Assembly: GCF_030247605.1 (NCBI RefSeq)
Contig: NZ_JAOTSB010000018.1
Coordinates: forward strand, 2,463 to 66,462
Source: Acidaminobacter sp.
Lineage (GTDB): Bacteria > Bacillota > Clostridia > Peptostreptococcales > Acidaminobacteraceae
Direction: 5' to 3'
Length of the DNA: 64,000 nucleotides
The notes beneath the pieces were generated by a model. The model worked only from the letters and a program-made list of their open reading frames with translations. It was not told the DNA's origin and ran no database searches. Below, piece after piece: positions 47,663-57,403 of the stretch (the stretch's first letter is position 1; each line of letters starts with the position of its first letter). A program made the position numbers and the translations under genes.

Positions 47663-47919
47663 AAGCTGATTAAGCCCTCCGTATTGTCACACGAGTTGGG
47701 ACGCCGCTGAATCTGCGGCGATAACGGCGATAAGGATCGTCAAAGTATGGCGGCAAAAATTCGCCTGAAGCTTCCTTTTACTGATTTGCGGGAAACTATG
47801 GCGAATTTTGTACGTGTTCTGCACGCCTGCAGTATGTCGACTTCTGTCTGGCAGCGGACATCAGTGTGTTGTAACTGATCCGCTGCTGCCTACCCGGTGA
47901 TCAAGCTTCATGTATTTTC

Positions 47920-48309
47920 TTATTCGGCTTTCGCCGGTGCTTCTTCTTTTTTCTTGAGGTTGATGCCGTTGACGTGAACGTTGACAGCCAGGACCTTGAG
48001 TCCGGTCATGGATTCAACGGCCGTTTTGACGTTTTCCTGAACCCTCCAGGAGACATCCGGAATTTTGACGCCGTAATCGACGATCAGGTTGAGGTCGATC
48101 TCGACTTTGTCGTCTTTGACCTCGACTTTGACCCCTTTGGAAAAATTCTTCTTGCCTAGCATTTCCACGAGGTCCTCGGTGATCTTGCCGCTGAGGCCGC
48201 TGATGCCGGTGATTTCTGCTGCTGCAATGGATGAAATGATGCCTATAACGTCATCCGATATATTGACATTGCCATATTCAAGTTCGTCAAGCTGAGTGTT
48301 TTCAGTCAT
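47920..48309 (-). CDS. Asp23/Gls24 family alkaline-shock protein
   Basis: GNVNISDDVIGIISSIAAAEITGISG motif. The ATG at 48309 follows GGAGG. Confidence 0.88.
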   Translation of the reverse strand: MTENTQLDELEYGNVNISDDVIGIISSIAAAEITGISGLSGKITEDLVEMLGKKNFSKGVKVEVKDDKVEIDLNLIVDYGVKIPDVSWRVQENVKTAVESMTGLKVLAVNVHVNGINLKKKEEAPAKAE

Positions 48310-48500
48310 GTTCAAACCTCCAATCGTATACGTCCTCATTATACCAAAAACGCATAAAGAAGTACAAACAAAAAGGCCGCGGCGCATCAGCCCACGGCCC
48401 CAAGATTTTAATCTTGCAAATGCTTTCTTACGTCGAGTTCGACGTCCTTTTGTGACATACCCTGGGATCTGGTGAATCTGTTGGAATGGATCAAGCGAAA

Positions 48501-48953
48501 TTACTCGCTTTCCACCTCATCGATTTCTTCCATGTCGTCGTCTTCGTCTTCGTCATCGTCGCAGCCGCAGCCACAGCAGCTGTCGCACTCGTCTTCGTCA
48601 CAGACAACAAATTCGTTGCCGCAGCCTGGGCAGACAATTTCTGCGCAGCCATTGTCGTCGAACTCTTCCTCAGCGATCAGGATTTCCTCGCCGCAGTCCG
48701 GGCATTCGAAGGAGTCGAATTCGTCATCATAGTCCTCGAGGGTTTCCTCGATGTCCGCAACGTCATCGCTCAGCGCTTCGACAAACTCGTCGATCTCGTC
48801 GACGTTTTCCTGGATATCGTCAAGTTCGTAGACGATGTCCTCAAGGACGCTTATGATCTCCTTCAGGAGCTTGCCTTCCTTCGAATTCTTCTCGATTTCG
48901 AGGCCTTCCGCGAGTCCTTTCAAGTATGACACTCTTTCAAACAGCATGCTCAT
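48501..48953 (-). CDS. Highly acidic zinc-ribbon protein (conserved clostridial hypothetical)
   Basis: CPDCG...CPGCG ribbon, then a CDSCCGCGC cluster and a D/E tail. Confidence 0.7.
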   Translation of the reverse strand: MSMLFERVSYLKGLAEGLEIEKNSKEGKLLKEIISVLEDIVYELDDIQENVDEIDEFVEALSDDVADIEETLEDYDDEFDSFECPDCGEEILIAEEEFDDNGCAEIVCPGCGNEFVVCDEDECDSCCGCGCDDDEDEDDDMEEIDEVESE

Positions 48954-49052
48954 AAACCTCCCTGTGAAATGGATAAGTGGTGGACGTCAAATGCCTTTGG
49001 TGCTTTTGCTTTGTTGCTTTTGCACGTGCTTGCGCAGTGCGGTGTTTATAGG

Positions 49053-49610
49053 TTACGCTCTTGAGAGGTACTCGTCAGATCGTGTGTCGATCTTGATCTT
49101 GTCGCCTTCCTCTACAAATAGCGGAACGTCAATGTAAGCGCCAGTTTCAACTTTGACCTTTTTAGTCGTATTGGAAGCCGTGTCGCCTTTGACACCCGGC
49201 TCAGCTTCAATAACTGCGAGAATGACAAAGTTAGGTGCATCAACCTGGAAGCATTTGCCCTTGTAAAACTTAAGGGTAGCAGAGTCGTTCTCGCGAAGGT
49301 ACCGGATGGCGTCCTCAACTTCTTCGTGGTGAAGCGGAATCTGGTCGAAGGTTTCATTGTCCATGAAGTAGTACAGCTCGCCGTCTGAATAAAGGAACTG
49401 CATCTCTTTCGTTTCGATATGCGCTCTCGGGAATTTCTCCGATGGATTGAACGCCTCCTCGCGGATCGCGCCAGTAATCAAACTCTTATACTTCGTGCGA
49501 ACGAAAGCTGCGCCCTTGCCAGGCTTAACGTGCTGGAAATCCACGACGACAAACGGCTCGCCGTTGATCTCGAAGGTCATTCCTTTTCTAAATTCACTTG
49601 CTGATACCAT
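49053..49610 (-). CDS. efp: Translation elongation factor P
   Basis: [38 protein letters not shown] motif; second ATG preferred as start. Confidence 0.96.
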   Translation of the reverse strand: MVSASEFRKGMTFEINGEPFVVVDFQHVKPGKGAAFVRTKYKSLITGAIREEAFNPSEKFPRAHIETKEMQFLYSDGELYYFMDNETFDQIPLHHEEVEDAIRYLRENDSATLKFYKGKCFQVDAPNFVILAVIEAEPGVKGDTASNTTKKVKVETGAYIDVPLFVEEGDKIKIDTRSDEYLSRA

Positions 49611-49632
49611 GAACATTTCCCCTTCTGAAAAA

Positions 49633-50706
49633 TTAAAGTTCCATCAATTGTTTTGGCGAATGACTCAAGACCACGCAGCCGTCTTTTTTCACAACGACCA
49701 GGTCCTCGATTCTGACACCGCCGAAGCCAGGAATATAAATCCCCGGCTCATCTGTCACTACCATGTTCTCCAGCAGCGTCTTCGTGCCGGTTGGCGACAG
49801 TCTTGGTTCTTCGTGAATTTCGAGCCCCACCCCGTGACCGAGGCCGTGACCGAAATATTCTCCATATCCCCTAGATGATATTACATCTCGTGCTATTTTG
49901 TCAACGTTTATGCCGTTAATCCCTTCACGAATTGCGTCCAAAGCTTTCTCTTGGGCTTCCAGAACCGTATTGTAAATTTCTTTCTGCTTTTCAGAGGCTT
50001 TGCCGACCACCACTGTTCTGGTCATGTCTGAGCAGTAGCCTTCGTAGACGCAGCCAAAGTCGAGCGTAAGAAAATCGCCGTCCTCAATGAGCTTGTCTGA
50101 GGCAACGCCGTGAGGCATTGCAGACCTCAGCCCGGACGCCGCGATGGTCTCAAAAGACAACCCGCTGGCCCCAAGTTTTTTCATGTAAATTTCCAGCTCC
50201 AGTGCTACTTCACGCTCAGAAACCCCTGGCCGGATGTAGCCTGTAATGTGCTCAAAAGCCTTGTCTGCAATTTCAGCAGCTTTCGCGATCTTCTCGATCT
50301 CCCAATCTTCCTTAATGAGTCTCAGTGCCTCTATTTCCGCGCCTGCAGGGATCAGGGTGATCTCAGGCAGTTTTTCTGACAGATTTTTGTAAAACTGATA
50401 GGTCACATAGTTATCTTCGAAGGCCAGTTTTTGAATTCCAGCTTCCTTCAAAACTGCTTCAAGGGGTCGATCCGCATTGTGGAGCTGGACTTCAAAGTCA
50501 GGACACTGTGCTTTGGCTTGCTCTGTGTATCTAAAATCCGTGATGAACCACTGGGTCTCAGGAAGGATTAAAACGTATCCGCTGGTACCGGTGAAACCCG
50601 AAAAATAGCGACGGTTTTCAGGTTTAAAAGACAGGAGTGCATCTGCGTTCAAACTGGATAAAAGCTTACGTGAACTGCTTAAGAGATGATTAGACAAGGA
50701 CGTCAC
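49633..50706 (-). CDS. M24 family Xaa-Pro aminopeptidase/dipeptidase
   Basis: Creatinase-like N-terminal domain, [13 protein letters not shown] and GGVRIED; GTG start. Confidence 0.9.
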   Translation of the reverse strand: MTSLSNHLLSSSRKLLSSLNADALLSFKPENRRYFSGFTGTSGYVLILPETQWFITDFRYTEQAKAQCPDFEVQLHNADRPLEAVLKEAGIQKLAFEDNYVTYQFYKNLSEKLPEITLIPAGAEIEALRLIKEDWEIEKIAKAAEIADKAFEHITGYIRPGVSEREVALELEIYMKKLGASGLSFETIAASGLRSAMPHGVASDKLIEDGDFLTLDFGCVYEGYCSDMTRTVVVGKASEKQKEIYNTVLEAQEKALDAIREGINGINVDKIARDVISSRGYGEYFGHGLGHGVGLEIHEEPRLSPTGTKTLLENMVVTDEPGIYIPGFGGVRIEDLVVVKKDGCVVLSHSPKQLMEL

Positions 50707-50799
50707 CTGCTTTGTGAGATTTTTGTTGTTGGCTGATGTGTCATTGATTTAAATGCCATCCCTATCATATCACATTTTTTATATGGTTAGAAGAAGTTG

Positions 50800-50906
50800 G
50801 TGACGCGGACAGAATTTGATTTAGTGCCAGTCACTGAGTTGAGGTTGGTGTCTGACACTCAGTCAAGTTTGGTGTCTGACACTCAGTCAAGCTTGGTGTC
50901 AGGCAC
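50800..50906. repeat. 24-bp phased array (5 units), degenerate terminal unit
   Basis: Cores at 50800 (GTGACGCGGAC), 50824 (GTGCCAGTCAC), 50848 and 50872 (GTGTCTGACAC) and 50896 (GTGTCAGGCAC). Confidence 0.85.
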
Positions 50907-50961
50907 TCACTACAATTCAGACACAATTCGTGAGGCATTCCCGGTCCACCGAATCAAAAAA

Positions 50962-50999
50962 CTGCTGCAAATGGTCATTTTACAGACCATCGGCAGCAG
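50962..50999. repeat. CTGCCGATGGTC-family hairpin (degenerate left arm)
   Basis: CTGCTGCAAATGGTC - loop - GACCATCGGCAGCAG. Confidence 0.7.
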
Positions 51000-51034
51000 T
51001 AGTTTCGCTTTCCTATAAATTACTTCACCTTCAT

Positions 51035-51136
51035 ATTAAATAACATCTCGCTGACTGAGCAGCAAAAAGAGATTCAACAAGAGAAAGAGCAGATTCGCGA
51101 TCAACATAGCAAAAAGAAGAAATTTTCTTTTTTTCA
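51035..51136 (-). CDS. Possible 33-aa hydrophobic peptide
   Basis: Manual translation MKKRKFLLFAMLIANLLFLLLNLFLLLSQRDVI, directly downstream of the DUF5658 gene. No homology support. Confidence 0.25.
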
Positions 51137-51151
51137 TGGGTTTGTTCATCT

Positions 51152-51454
51152 CTAGAACAAAATCATTCGGTGATACAGCACCACCGTCGAATACGCTGCA
51201 AACGGCACCCAGGCCAGCGTCACCAAAGACCGTCCGATCTTATGCCGCAGCTGCCACAGGAGCACGAGAAGAAGCGGCACAAGAAACAGCTTCACAAGCG
51301 GAAACTCGAATGTGCCCACCATAGGCGCCAAAAACGGATTGGCTTCCTTAAACCCCCGCTCCAAAGCTTCAAGAGTCATCAGGTAGTCCACTTTATTAAA
51401 CGCCGCAATTCCAATCAACTGCAGCCACAGCAAACGTTCCATTGATTTCGGCAT
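51152..51454 (-). CDS. DUF5658-like small membrane protein
   Basis: 100 aa; FNKVDYLMTLEALERGFKEANPFL followed by TM helices. Confidence 0.7.
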   Translation of the reverse strand: MPKSMERLLWLQLIGIAAFNKVDYLMTLEALERGFKEANPFLAPMVGTFEFPLVKLFLVPLLLVLLWQLRHKIGRSLVTLAWVPFAAYSTVVLYHRMILF

Positions 51455-51630
51455 AACCTCATCCCCAAACTAGAAAATGATCAGCCGGTTACGCCACTGG
51501 ATCCCTGCAGCCAAAGCGTCCAAATGCAGCTGCAGCTCAACTCCTCTGATGGCCTATTAATACCCAGAATGGCTGCGCGGAAAACAATCAATTGAGAATA
51601 ATTATCGATTGAAAAAGATTTTAAAACATA

Positions 51631-51660
51631 TGCCGATGGTCACCCCACCCACCATCAGCG
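51631..51660. repeat. CTGCCGATGGTC-family hairpin
   Basis: TGCCGATGGT - CACCCCACCC - ACCATCAGCG (one mismatch). Confidence 0.7.
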
Positions 51661-51670
51661 GTTATGTAAA

Positions 51671-51720
51671 TGTGAAACTTGGTGTCATGTGAAACTTGGT
51701 GTCAGACACCCAGTTTCACA
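51671..51720. repeat. 17-bp tandem duplication ending in a 16-bp-stem hairpin centred on GTGTCAGACAC
   Basis: TGTGAAACTTGGTGTCA x2, then GACACCCAGTTTCACA, about 150 nt upstream of the MFS gene. Confidence 0.8.
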
Positions 51721-51871
51721 TCCATCCCCGCCCATCCAACAACACTCTCGAACTTTGACCCCTAGATATGCTATACTGACCCTAAGCCAAAATCGGCCTG
51801 AGCCCGGCCCATTAAACCCATGACCGGCAATCAATCCCCAACCCCACAACGACATTTTTCAGGAGCGCAAG

Positions 51872-53044
51872 ATGACACGAGAACCCCTTTGGACACGAAA
51901 CTTCATCACTATTTCCATAGTCTTTTTCCTAGTCGCCCTGGTCTTCTACCTTCTCATGGTAACCATGGCCTCCTACGCCGCCACGGCCTTCAACGTCACT
52001 GAAAGCATGGCGGGCCTCGTCACGGGCATTTTCATCATAGGCGCCCTGACCGGCAGGATCTTCACCAGCAAACTCATGTCCCAAATTGGCAGCAGACGCA
52101 CCCTGCTGATAGGGCTTGGCCTGTTTACAACAGGTTCAGGGCTTTATTTTTTCGCGGTCAACATTCCGCTGCTGCTGACCATTCGCTTTTTCCACGGCAT
52201 GTCGACGGGGATCACCCTCAATGCCTCCGCGACCCTGGTCGCCCTCATGATCCCCTTCGCCAGGCGGGCCGAGGGGATTGGCTACTTCAGCACAGCCTCC
52301 GTCCTTTCTACAGCCCTCGGGCCGTTTCTCGGCATCTTTCTGCTGGAAAAAGCCGGCCTCCATTTCATATTTGGCTTTTGCCTGGCAATCAGCCTCATCA
52401 GCTTCGTCTTGTCCCTGAGGATCAGCGCACCGGCAGCGGATGCCGCTTCCAGCCCCACCCAAAAAGGCTTCAGACTCTCCGACACCTTTGAAATCACAGC
52501 GCTCCCCATCTCTTTGATCACAATGTTGTTAGGCTTCTCCTACTCCAGCATCTTGTCCTTCATCACCCTCTACGCCAAAGCCGTAGACCTCGTCTGGGCC
52601 GCCAGCTTTTATTTCGTCGTTTATGCCATCACCATCATCCTAACCCGGCCCTTCACCGGCCGCCTGATGGACCAGAGGGGCGCCAATCTCGTCGCTTACC
52701 CCACCCTCCTGACCTACGTCGCTGGTATGGTCCTGCTGAGCCAGTCCCGTCACGGGATTGTACTCCTCCTCGCCGCCGCCATTATAGGTTTGGGATACGG
52801 CAACTTCAACTCCGTCGCCCAAACCCTCTCCATCAGCAGGGTCCCAAGCGCGCGCATCTCTGTTGCCACGACCACGTATTTCATTTTCCTGGAGCTGGGC
52901 CTCGGCCTTGGCCCGTACCTCCTCGGCACCCTGATCTCGCTGACCGGCTACCGCGTTATGTATCTGAGCATGTCAGGCGTCATCGTGGTCGCGGCGGTGC
53001 TTTATCATCTGTTTTATGGAAGACATGAGCACAGGCAAGAATGA
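51872..53044 (+). CDS. MFS transporter
   Basis: 390 aa with a twelve-TM profile and the GRIFTSKLMSQIGSRR loop motif. Confidence 0.88.
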   Translation: MTREPLWTRNFITISIVFFLVALVFYLLMVTMASYAATAFNVTESMAGLVTGIFIIGALTGRIFTSKLMSQIGSRRTLLIGLGLFTTGSGLYFFAVNIPLLLTIRFFHGMSTGITLNASATLVALMIPFARRAEGIGYFSTASVLSTALGPFLGIFLLEKAGLHFIFGFCLAISLISFVLSLRISAPAADAASSPTQKGFRLSDTFEITALPISLITMLLGFSYSSILSFITLYAKAVDLVWAASFYFVVYAITIILTRPFTGRLMDQRGANLVAYPTLLTYVAGMVLLSQSRHGIVLLLAAAIIGLGYGNFNSVAQTLSISRVPSARISVATTTYFIFLELGLGLGPYLLGTLISLTGYRVMYLSMSGVIVVAAVLYHLFYGRHEHRQE

Positions 53045-53092
53045 GTCGATTCAGCAGCTCTTACAATGGAAATTTCCCAAAAACCCAAAACG

Positions 53093-53133
53093 TCTGCCGA
53101 TGGTCACTTAACCCACCATCGGCAGATGTTTTT
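53093..53133 (+). terminator. Intrinsic terminator after the MFS gene, built from a CTGCCGATGGTC inverted pair
   Basis: TCTGCCGATGGT - loop - ACCATCGGCAGA followed by TGTTTTT. Confidence 0.8.
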
Positions 53134-53240
53134 AATTTTGGATTAAAAGAAGGAAGACGGTGTCAGCTGCTAGCATCTATCAACCCCTTCTTCCTTCCAT
53201 TTAGCACCAAAATGCTTGCTTCTTGAAACCAAAAACGTTG

Positions 53241-53711
53241 CTAATCCCCATTCTCAATCACAAAGTACAACGGGTCTCTCTGTTCAATCTCAAGACTCGT
53301 CTCAAACATCACTTTGCCGGTGTCGAGTTCTTCAACAGTTAAATGCACCTCAAAGGATTCCGCCTTAATTTCGTGATCAGGATCCACCGTCCAGTAAATT
53401 TTGTGCTCGTTCGTCATCACGTCGCGCCCCAGAACCTCTATACGGCCCATCCCACTGGCGCTGCCGTGCCACTTGAGGAAAGCACCCTCCTCCGCGATCC
53501 AGTGGTAGACATAATTTTTATTCTTGAGTTCCCGGGTAAACACCGCAACCAGAGGGATTCCAGGCGTTGTGGACATGTATGGAGAGTATTCAAAGAGTTC
53601 CGGTTTGATGGTCAGGCTGGAGTCATCCGCTGAGCAGCCTGGGAGAGAAAGGATCATGGCCAATAACGCCAGAATCGTCAACGCAGCTTTTAGGACATTC
53701 CTTGATTTCAT
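53241..53711 (-). CDS. Lipoprotein of unknown function
   Basis: MKSRNVLKAALTILALLAMILSLPGC lipobox; ATG at 53711 preferred. Confidence 0.75.
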   Translation of the reverse strand: MKSRNVLKAALTILALLAMILSLPGCSADDSSLTIKPELFEYSPYMSTTPGIPLVAVFTRELKNKNYVYHWIAEEGAFLKWHGSASGMGRIEVLGRDVMTNEHKIYWTVDPDHEIKAESFEVHLTVEELDTGKVMFETSLEIEQRDPLYFVIENGD

Positions 53712-53845
53712 GTTATGGCCACCTCTCATACGAAAACGTTGTCTGGTGCTGCCCACTATTATTCTAATTCATTATCTATATACCACTTGTCCGACATGAC
53801 AATCTTTCAAGTTCTCTTGAGGACTTCAAATACCTCCACAAGAAA

Positions 53846-53887
53846 AATTTCTGCCGATGGTCACATAATCAACCATCGGCAGAAATT
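53846..53887 (-). terminator. Intrinsic terminator after gdhA, built from a CTGCCGATGGTC inverted pair
   Basis: 16-bp stem AATTTCTGCCGATGGT/ACCATCGGCAGAAATT with a U-run on the minus strand. Confidence 0.8.
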
Positions 53888-53962
53888 CAATTATAGTGGA
53901 AGGCGGGGTTGACAGGCGCTAGCCGCAGACACCAATTTCCAGCTTCATATTCCTTACCATTA

Positions 53963-55300
53963 TCAATAATCCCCCTGCAGCATCATGGCCTCCGCAACCC
54001 TAATAAAGCTCGCGATATTCGCGCCAGCCACGAGATCATGGCCAAAGCCGTACTTCCTGGAAGCGGCCAGACAATCCTTGTAAATGTTGTTCATGATCAC
54101 CTTTAGGATCGCGTCGACTTCCTCGAAGGTCATGCTCTGGCGCATGGAGTTCTGGGTCATTTCCACCGCGGAAATCGCCACGCCGCCCGCATTGCTGGCC
54201 TTCGCAGGCGTCAGCAGGATGCCCTCGTCCATCAGGAATTTCATGGCGTCATAAGTCGTTGGCATATTGGCGCCCTCACAGACGGCCAAGACCCCATTGG
54301 TTACCAGCTTCTCCGCGCTCTTAAGATCAATATCATTCTGCGTCGCGCACGGAAACGCGATATCACACTTGAGATTCCATATGTTTCTGAGCCCTTCGAC
54401 GAACTCTGCCTTTGGATGATCTTTCAGGTACTCCTTGATCCGTCCGTGCCGGACTTCCTTCAGTTCTATCATGGCTGGGACGTCTATACCGTCCGGGTCA
54501 TAGACGTAGCCGCTGGAATCGCTCATAGCCAGCACCTTGATGCCAAACTCTGTCGCTTTCACCGCCGTATACAAAGCCACGTTGCCCGAGCCGGAAATGA
54601 CCGCTGTCTTACCCGTCAGCTCAATGTTGTTCTCCTCAAACATGGCCTTCGTGAAATAGAGCAGCCCGAATCCCGTCGCTTCCTTGCGGCCGTGGGAGCC
54701 GCCATAAATAATATGTTTGCCGGTCAGGACGCCGCTCTCATGCGCCCCGGTCAGACGCCGGTACTGGCCGAACAGGAACCCGATTTCCCTGGAGCCCACA
54801 CCTATGTCTCCCGCAGGCACGTCAATATCAGGTCCTATGTGTCTGTAAAGCTCGCTCATAAAGCTCTGGCAAAAGCGCATGATCTCCGCGTCGCTCTTAC
54901 CTTTCGGGTCAAAATCCGCGCCACCCTTGGCACCGCCAATTGGCCGTCCGGTCAGGGAATTCTTGAAGGTTTGCTCAAAGCCCAGAAACTTCAGGATACT
55001 GAGATTCACGGTAGGATGGAATCTGAAACCGCCCTTGTACGGTCCTCTGGCCCCGTTGAACTGAATTCGGAAGCCTCTGTTGACAATGAGTTCCCCTTTG
55101 TCGTTGACCCACGGAACCCTGAAAATGATCGTCCTCTCCGGCTCTGCTATTCGCTCAAGGATATTGGCCTTTTCAAACTCCGGGTGCTGCTTGATGACCG
55201 GCGCCAAAGAGGTAAACACCTCTTCTACCGCCTGGATAAACTCCGGTTCATTTGCGTTTCTTGCTTTGATGTTTTCAATGGCTTTTTCCAAGTACGTCAT
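53963..55300 (-). CDS. gdhA: Glutamate dehydrogenase
   Basis: RIQFNGARGPYKGGFRFHP and GGAKGG motifs. The ATG at 55300 follows GGGAGGG. Confidence 0.95.
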   Translation of the reverse strand: MTYLEKAIENIKARNANEPEFIQAVEEVFTSLAPVIKQHPEFEKANILERIAEPERTIIFRVPWVNDKGELIVNRGFRIQFNGARGPYKGGFRFHPTVNLSILKFLGFEQTFKNSLTGRPIGGAKGGADFDPKGKSDAEIMRFCQSFMSELYRHIGPDIDVPAGDIGVGSREIGFLFGQYRRLTGAHESGVLTGKHIIYGGSHGRKEATGFGLLYFTKAMFEENNIELTGKTAVISGSGNVALYTAVKATEFGIKVLAMSDSSGYVYDPDGIDVPAMIELKEVRHGRIKEYLKDHPKAEFVEGLRNIWNLKCDIAFPCATQNDIDLKSAEKLVTNGVLAVCEGANMPTTYDAMKFLMDEGILLTPAKASNAGGVAISAVEMTQNSMRQSMTFEEVDAILKVIMNNIYKDCLAASRKYGFGHDLVAGANIASFIRVAEAMMLQGDY

Positions 55301-55528
55301 GGTGATCCCTCCCAAACGGATATTCATACATTTAAAAACCAATTGATAACGCTGATAAAATTAACCGAATGATCATGAACGTGTTCGAATTAGTTAATTT
55401 ATTGCTTAACAAGATTTATTCGAAGCGTTATCCTAAAACAACTTATTGAGGATTTTTACCCATCGCATAAATAATTATTCATATTTTTCTTAACCAAGCG
55501 GTGCCAGAAATTTCGAATTCCCCCCCCC

Positions 55529-55569
55529 AAAAAAAATGCCTGCCGATGGTCATTTTCACCCATCGGCAG
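55529..55569 (-). terminator. Intrinsic terminator after the MerR gene and 115-bp element, built from a CTGCCGATGG inverted pair
   Basis: CTGCCGATGG/CCATCGGCAG stem. On the minus strand it is followed by T8 and then G9. Confidence 0.75.
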
Positions 55570-55591
55570 CCTTTAGTATTTATTTGGATTT

Positions 55592-55720
55592 AACTTCATT
55601 TTCCCGTACCTGGTAGTAAAAGTGAAGATAATGAAGTTGCTTTTCGTGAAATCTAGTAATATCAGTCTTTACAAAATACTTGTACGTCGGTGTTCCGAAA
55701 AACGTGCCAGGTACGGGACC
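55592..55720. repeat. 115-bp TIR-bounded element, copy 1 (MITE-like or structured 3'-UTR RNA)
   Basis: CCCGTACCTGG at 55603-55613 and CCAGGTACGGG at 55707-55717. About 94% identical to copy 2 and about 88% to copy 3 by manual alignment. Confidence 0.85.
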
Positions 55721-55724
55721 CCGC

Positions 55725-56531
55725 TTAATCAGCTACCCTCATTTGAACTTCTGTCAAAAATTCCTCTTGCTGAACGGTATAACGATTGTCAATATGGTAC
55801 AGCTCAAATGGGTCACCCAGCACGTCCATATCACGCGTATTCGCGTAATTCAGTATCTTCCGGATTTGATCCGAACTTTGCGCATACGTTCCGCGGTAAT
55901 AGACGCTGAGATACCGTCCTGCTGGAAGCATAAAATCGAAGTGGTCAGTTTCATTCTCCAAAATAATAAATACAGAATTAAACACCCCGTTGCCGCCCTT
56001 ATAAAAGTTTTCCATGGAGGGAACAGCTCCAATGGACAAGTTGCCCAGCTCACAAAGTATGGCGTCATGCTTCATGTGGAGTTTGTTGATGGCAAAATCA
56101 GTTTCCTCATCTCGGGTAATCTCAGCGTTGAGGCGCAGGCAGAACCTGTCTGAGTAAGTTCTGACGACGCATTCTCCAACCTGAACAGAAGACAAATAGT
56201 TCAACATTTCCATGCGGGAGTGAAGGGCTGCTTTGGCAGCACGAAGGGTCTCCAATTGTGTTTCAATAAGGGCCTGTTCTTCCTGAATCAACACCAAAGA
56301 ATTTGTGATGCATTGATCATCCAAATAGGCCTTGATCTGCTTAAAAGAAAAATCGAGACTTCTAAGATCCCGAATGATATTCAGCTTATAAATTTCTTTT
56401 AGGCTGTAAAGGCGATAGCCGTTATCGTCCCGTTTAGGGGTCAATATCCCGAGTTTCTCATAATATCGCAGCGAATCAATGCCAATCTTGTAGAGCTTTG
56501 ATATCTGATTGATCTTGTAATAGTCTTTCAT
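55725..56531 (-). CDS. MerR family transcriptional regulator with GyrI-like effector-binding domain
   Basis: YKINQISKLYKIGIDSLRYYEKLGIL HTH and a C-terminal GyrI-like domain; ATG at 56531. Confidence 0.88.
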   Translation of the reverse strand: MKDYYKINQISKLYKIGIDSLRYYEKLGILTPKRDDNGYRLYSLKEIYKLNIIRDLRSLDFSFKQIKAYLDDQCITNSLVLIQEEQALIETQLETLRAAKAALHSRMEMLNYLSSVQVGECVVRTYSDRFCLRLNAEITRDEETDFAINKLHMKHDAILCELGNLSIGAVPSMENFYKGGNGVFNSVFIILENETDHFDFMLPAGRYLSVYYRGTYAQSSDQIRKILNYANTRDMDVLGDPFELYHIDNRYTVQQEEFLTEVQMRVAD

Positions 56532-56648
56532 TAAAAGGATCACCTCATTATTAAAACTTAAGAACATCACTTGACCCTAGTATTATACCAGGGTTTACAC
56601 TTAGGATGTGATACAAATTGTTCCAGTCAAAAAGAGAGGTTAACCATC

Positions 56649-57332
56649 ATGACAACGATTCATAACACATCTTTATCAGTTAATAATTCCTATGCCAACT
56701 TACTTACCCCTAAGAAACTATTGGTCATTATAATTGGGACGGCGTTGCTGTCCTTTGGTTTGTATAACGTCCATCGGCAGGCTTCACTCTCTGAAGGTGG
56801 TGTGCTGGGGTTGATATTGCTGCTTGACCACTGGTTTGGATTAACGCCTGGCCTCGTGTCTCCCGCGCTCGATGCTTTGTGCTACGCGATGGCGTTTAAG
56901 GCTCTTGGCAAAGACTTTCTCAAAATATCCGCGGTTTCGGCGGTTAGCCTAGGGGGATTTTTTATGCTGTGGACGCAGTTTCCACCCCTGCTGCCGAACC
57001 TCACTGAGATGCCGCTGCTGGCGTCCATAATTGGAGGCCTCTTTGTAGGGGTCGGCGCGGGCTTGGTGATTCGCCAGGGTGGCACCACAGGTGGGGATGA
57101 CGCCTTGGCGCTGACACTCTCAAAACTCACAGGCTGCCGCTTATCCCTCGCTTACCTGGCGACAGATTTGACAGTGCTGCTGCTTTCACTGACCTATATT
57201 CCGTTCGGACGTATTGGTTTTTCAATAGTGACGGTTGTGATCTCATCTTTGCTGATTGATTATGTTAAAAATTTTACTGCTGGTAAATCAAACAAAACAA
57301 GCTCTGTGGAAATTTCTGTGAATGAAGCATGA
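56649..57332 (+). CDS. YitT-family (DUF161) integral membrane protein
   Basis: Multi-TM with QGGTTGGDDALALTL. The ATG at 56649 follows GAGAGG. Divergent from the MerR gene. Confidence 0.75.
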   Translation: MTTIHNTSLSVNNSYANLLTPKKLLVIIIGTALLSFGLYNVHRQASLSEGGVLGLILLLDHWFGLTPGLVSPALDALCYAMAFKALGKDFLKISAVSAVSLGGFFMLWTQFPPLLPNLTEMPLLASIIGGLFVGVGAGLVIRQGGTTGGDDALALTLSKLTGCRLSLAYLATDLTVLLLSLTYIPFGRIGFSIVTVVISSLLIDYVKNFTAGKSNKTSSVEISVNEA

Positions 57333-57403
57333 CTTCATTAAAATGTATGATGTAGAATGGATGGATTGTTGAATAGATCGGATAAAACCTAAATCAAAAA
57401 CTG

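Noticed and set aside
51655-51682. A possible dif/XerD-arm-like site (GGTTATGTAAATG), given the xerD gene in the window.
   Set aside because: Only the XerD-arm half (TTATGTAAAT) matches. The expected XerC arm ending in ATAA or AGAA, six nt upstream, is absent; the sequence there is the arm of a CTGCCGATGGT-type hairpin.
55622-55909. Small ORFs starting inside the 115-bp elements (MKIMKLLFVKSSNISLYKILVRRCSEKRARY and the equivalents at 57480 and 63631-63876).
   Set aside because: Differences between the three copies are mostly non-synonymous in that frame. The ORFs run out of the element into unrelated sequence of different length, and there is no RBS.
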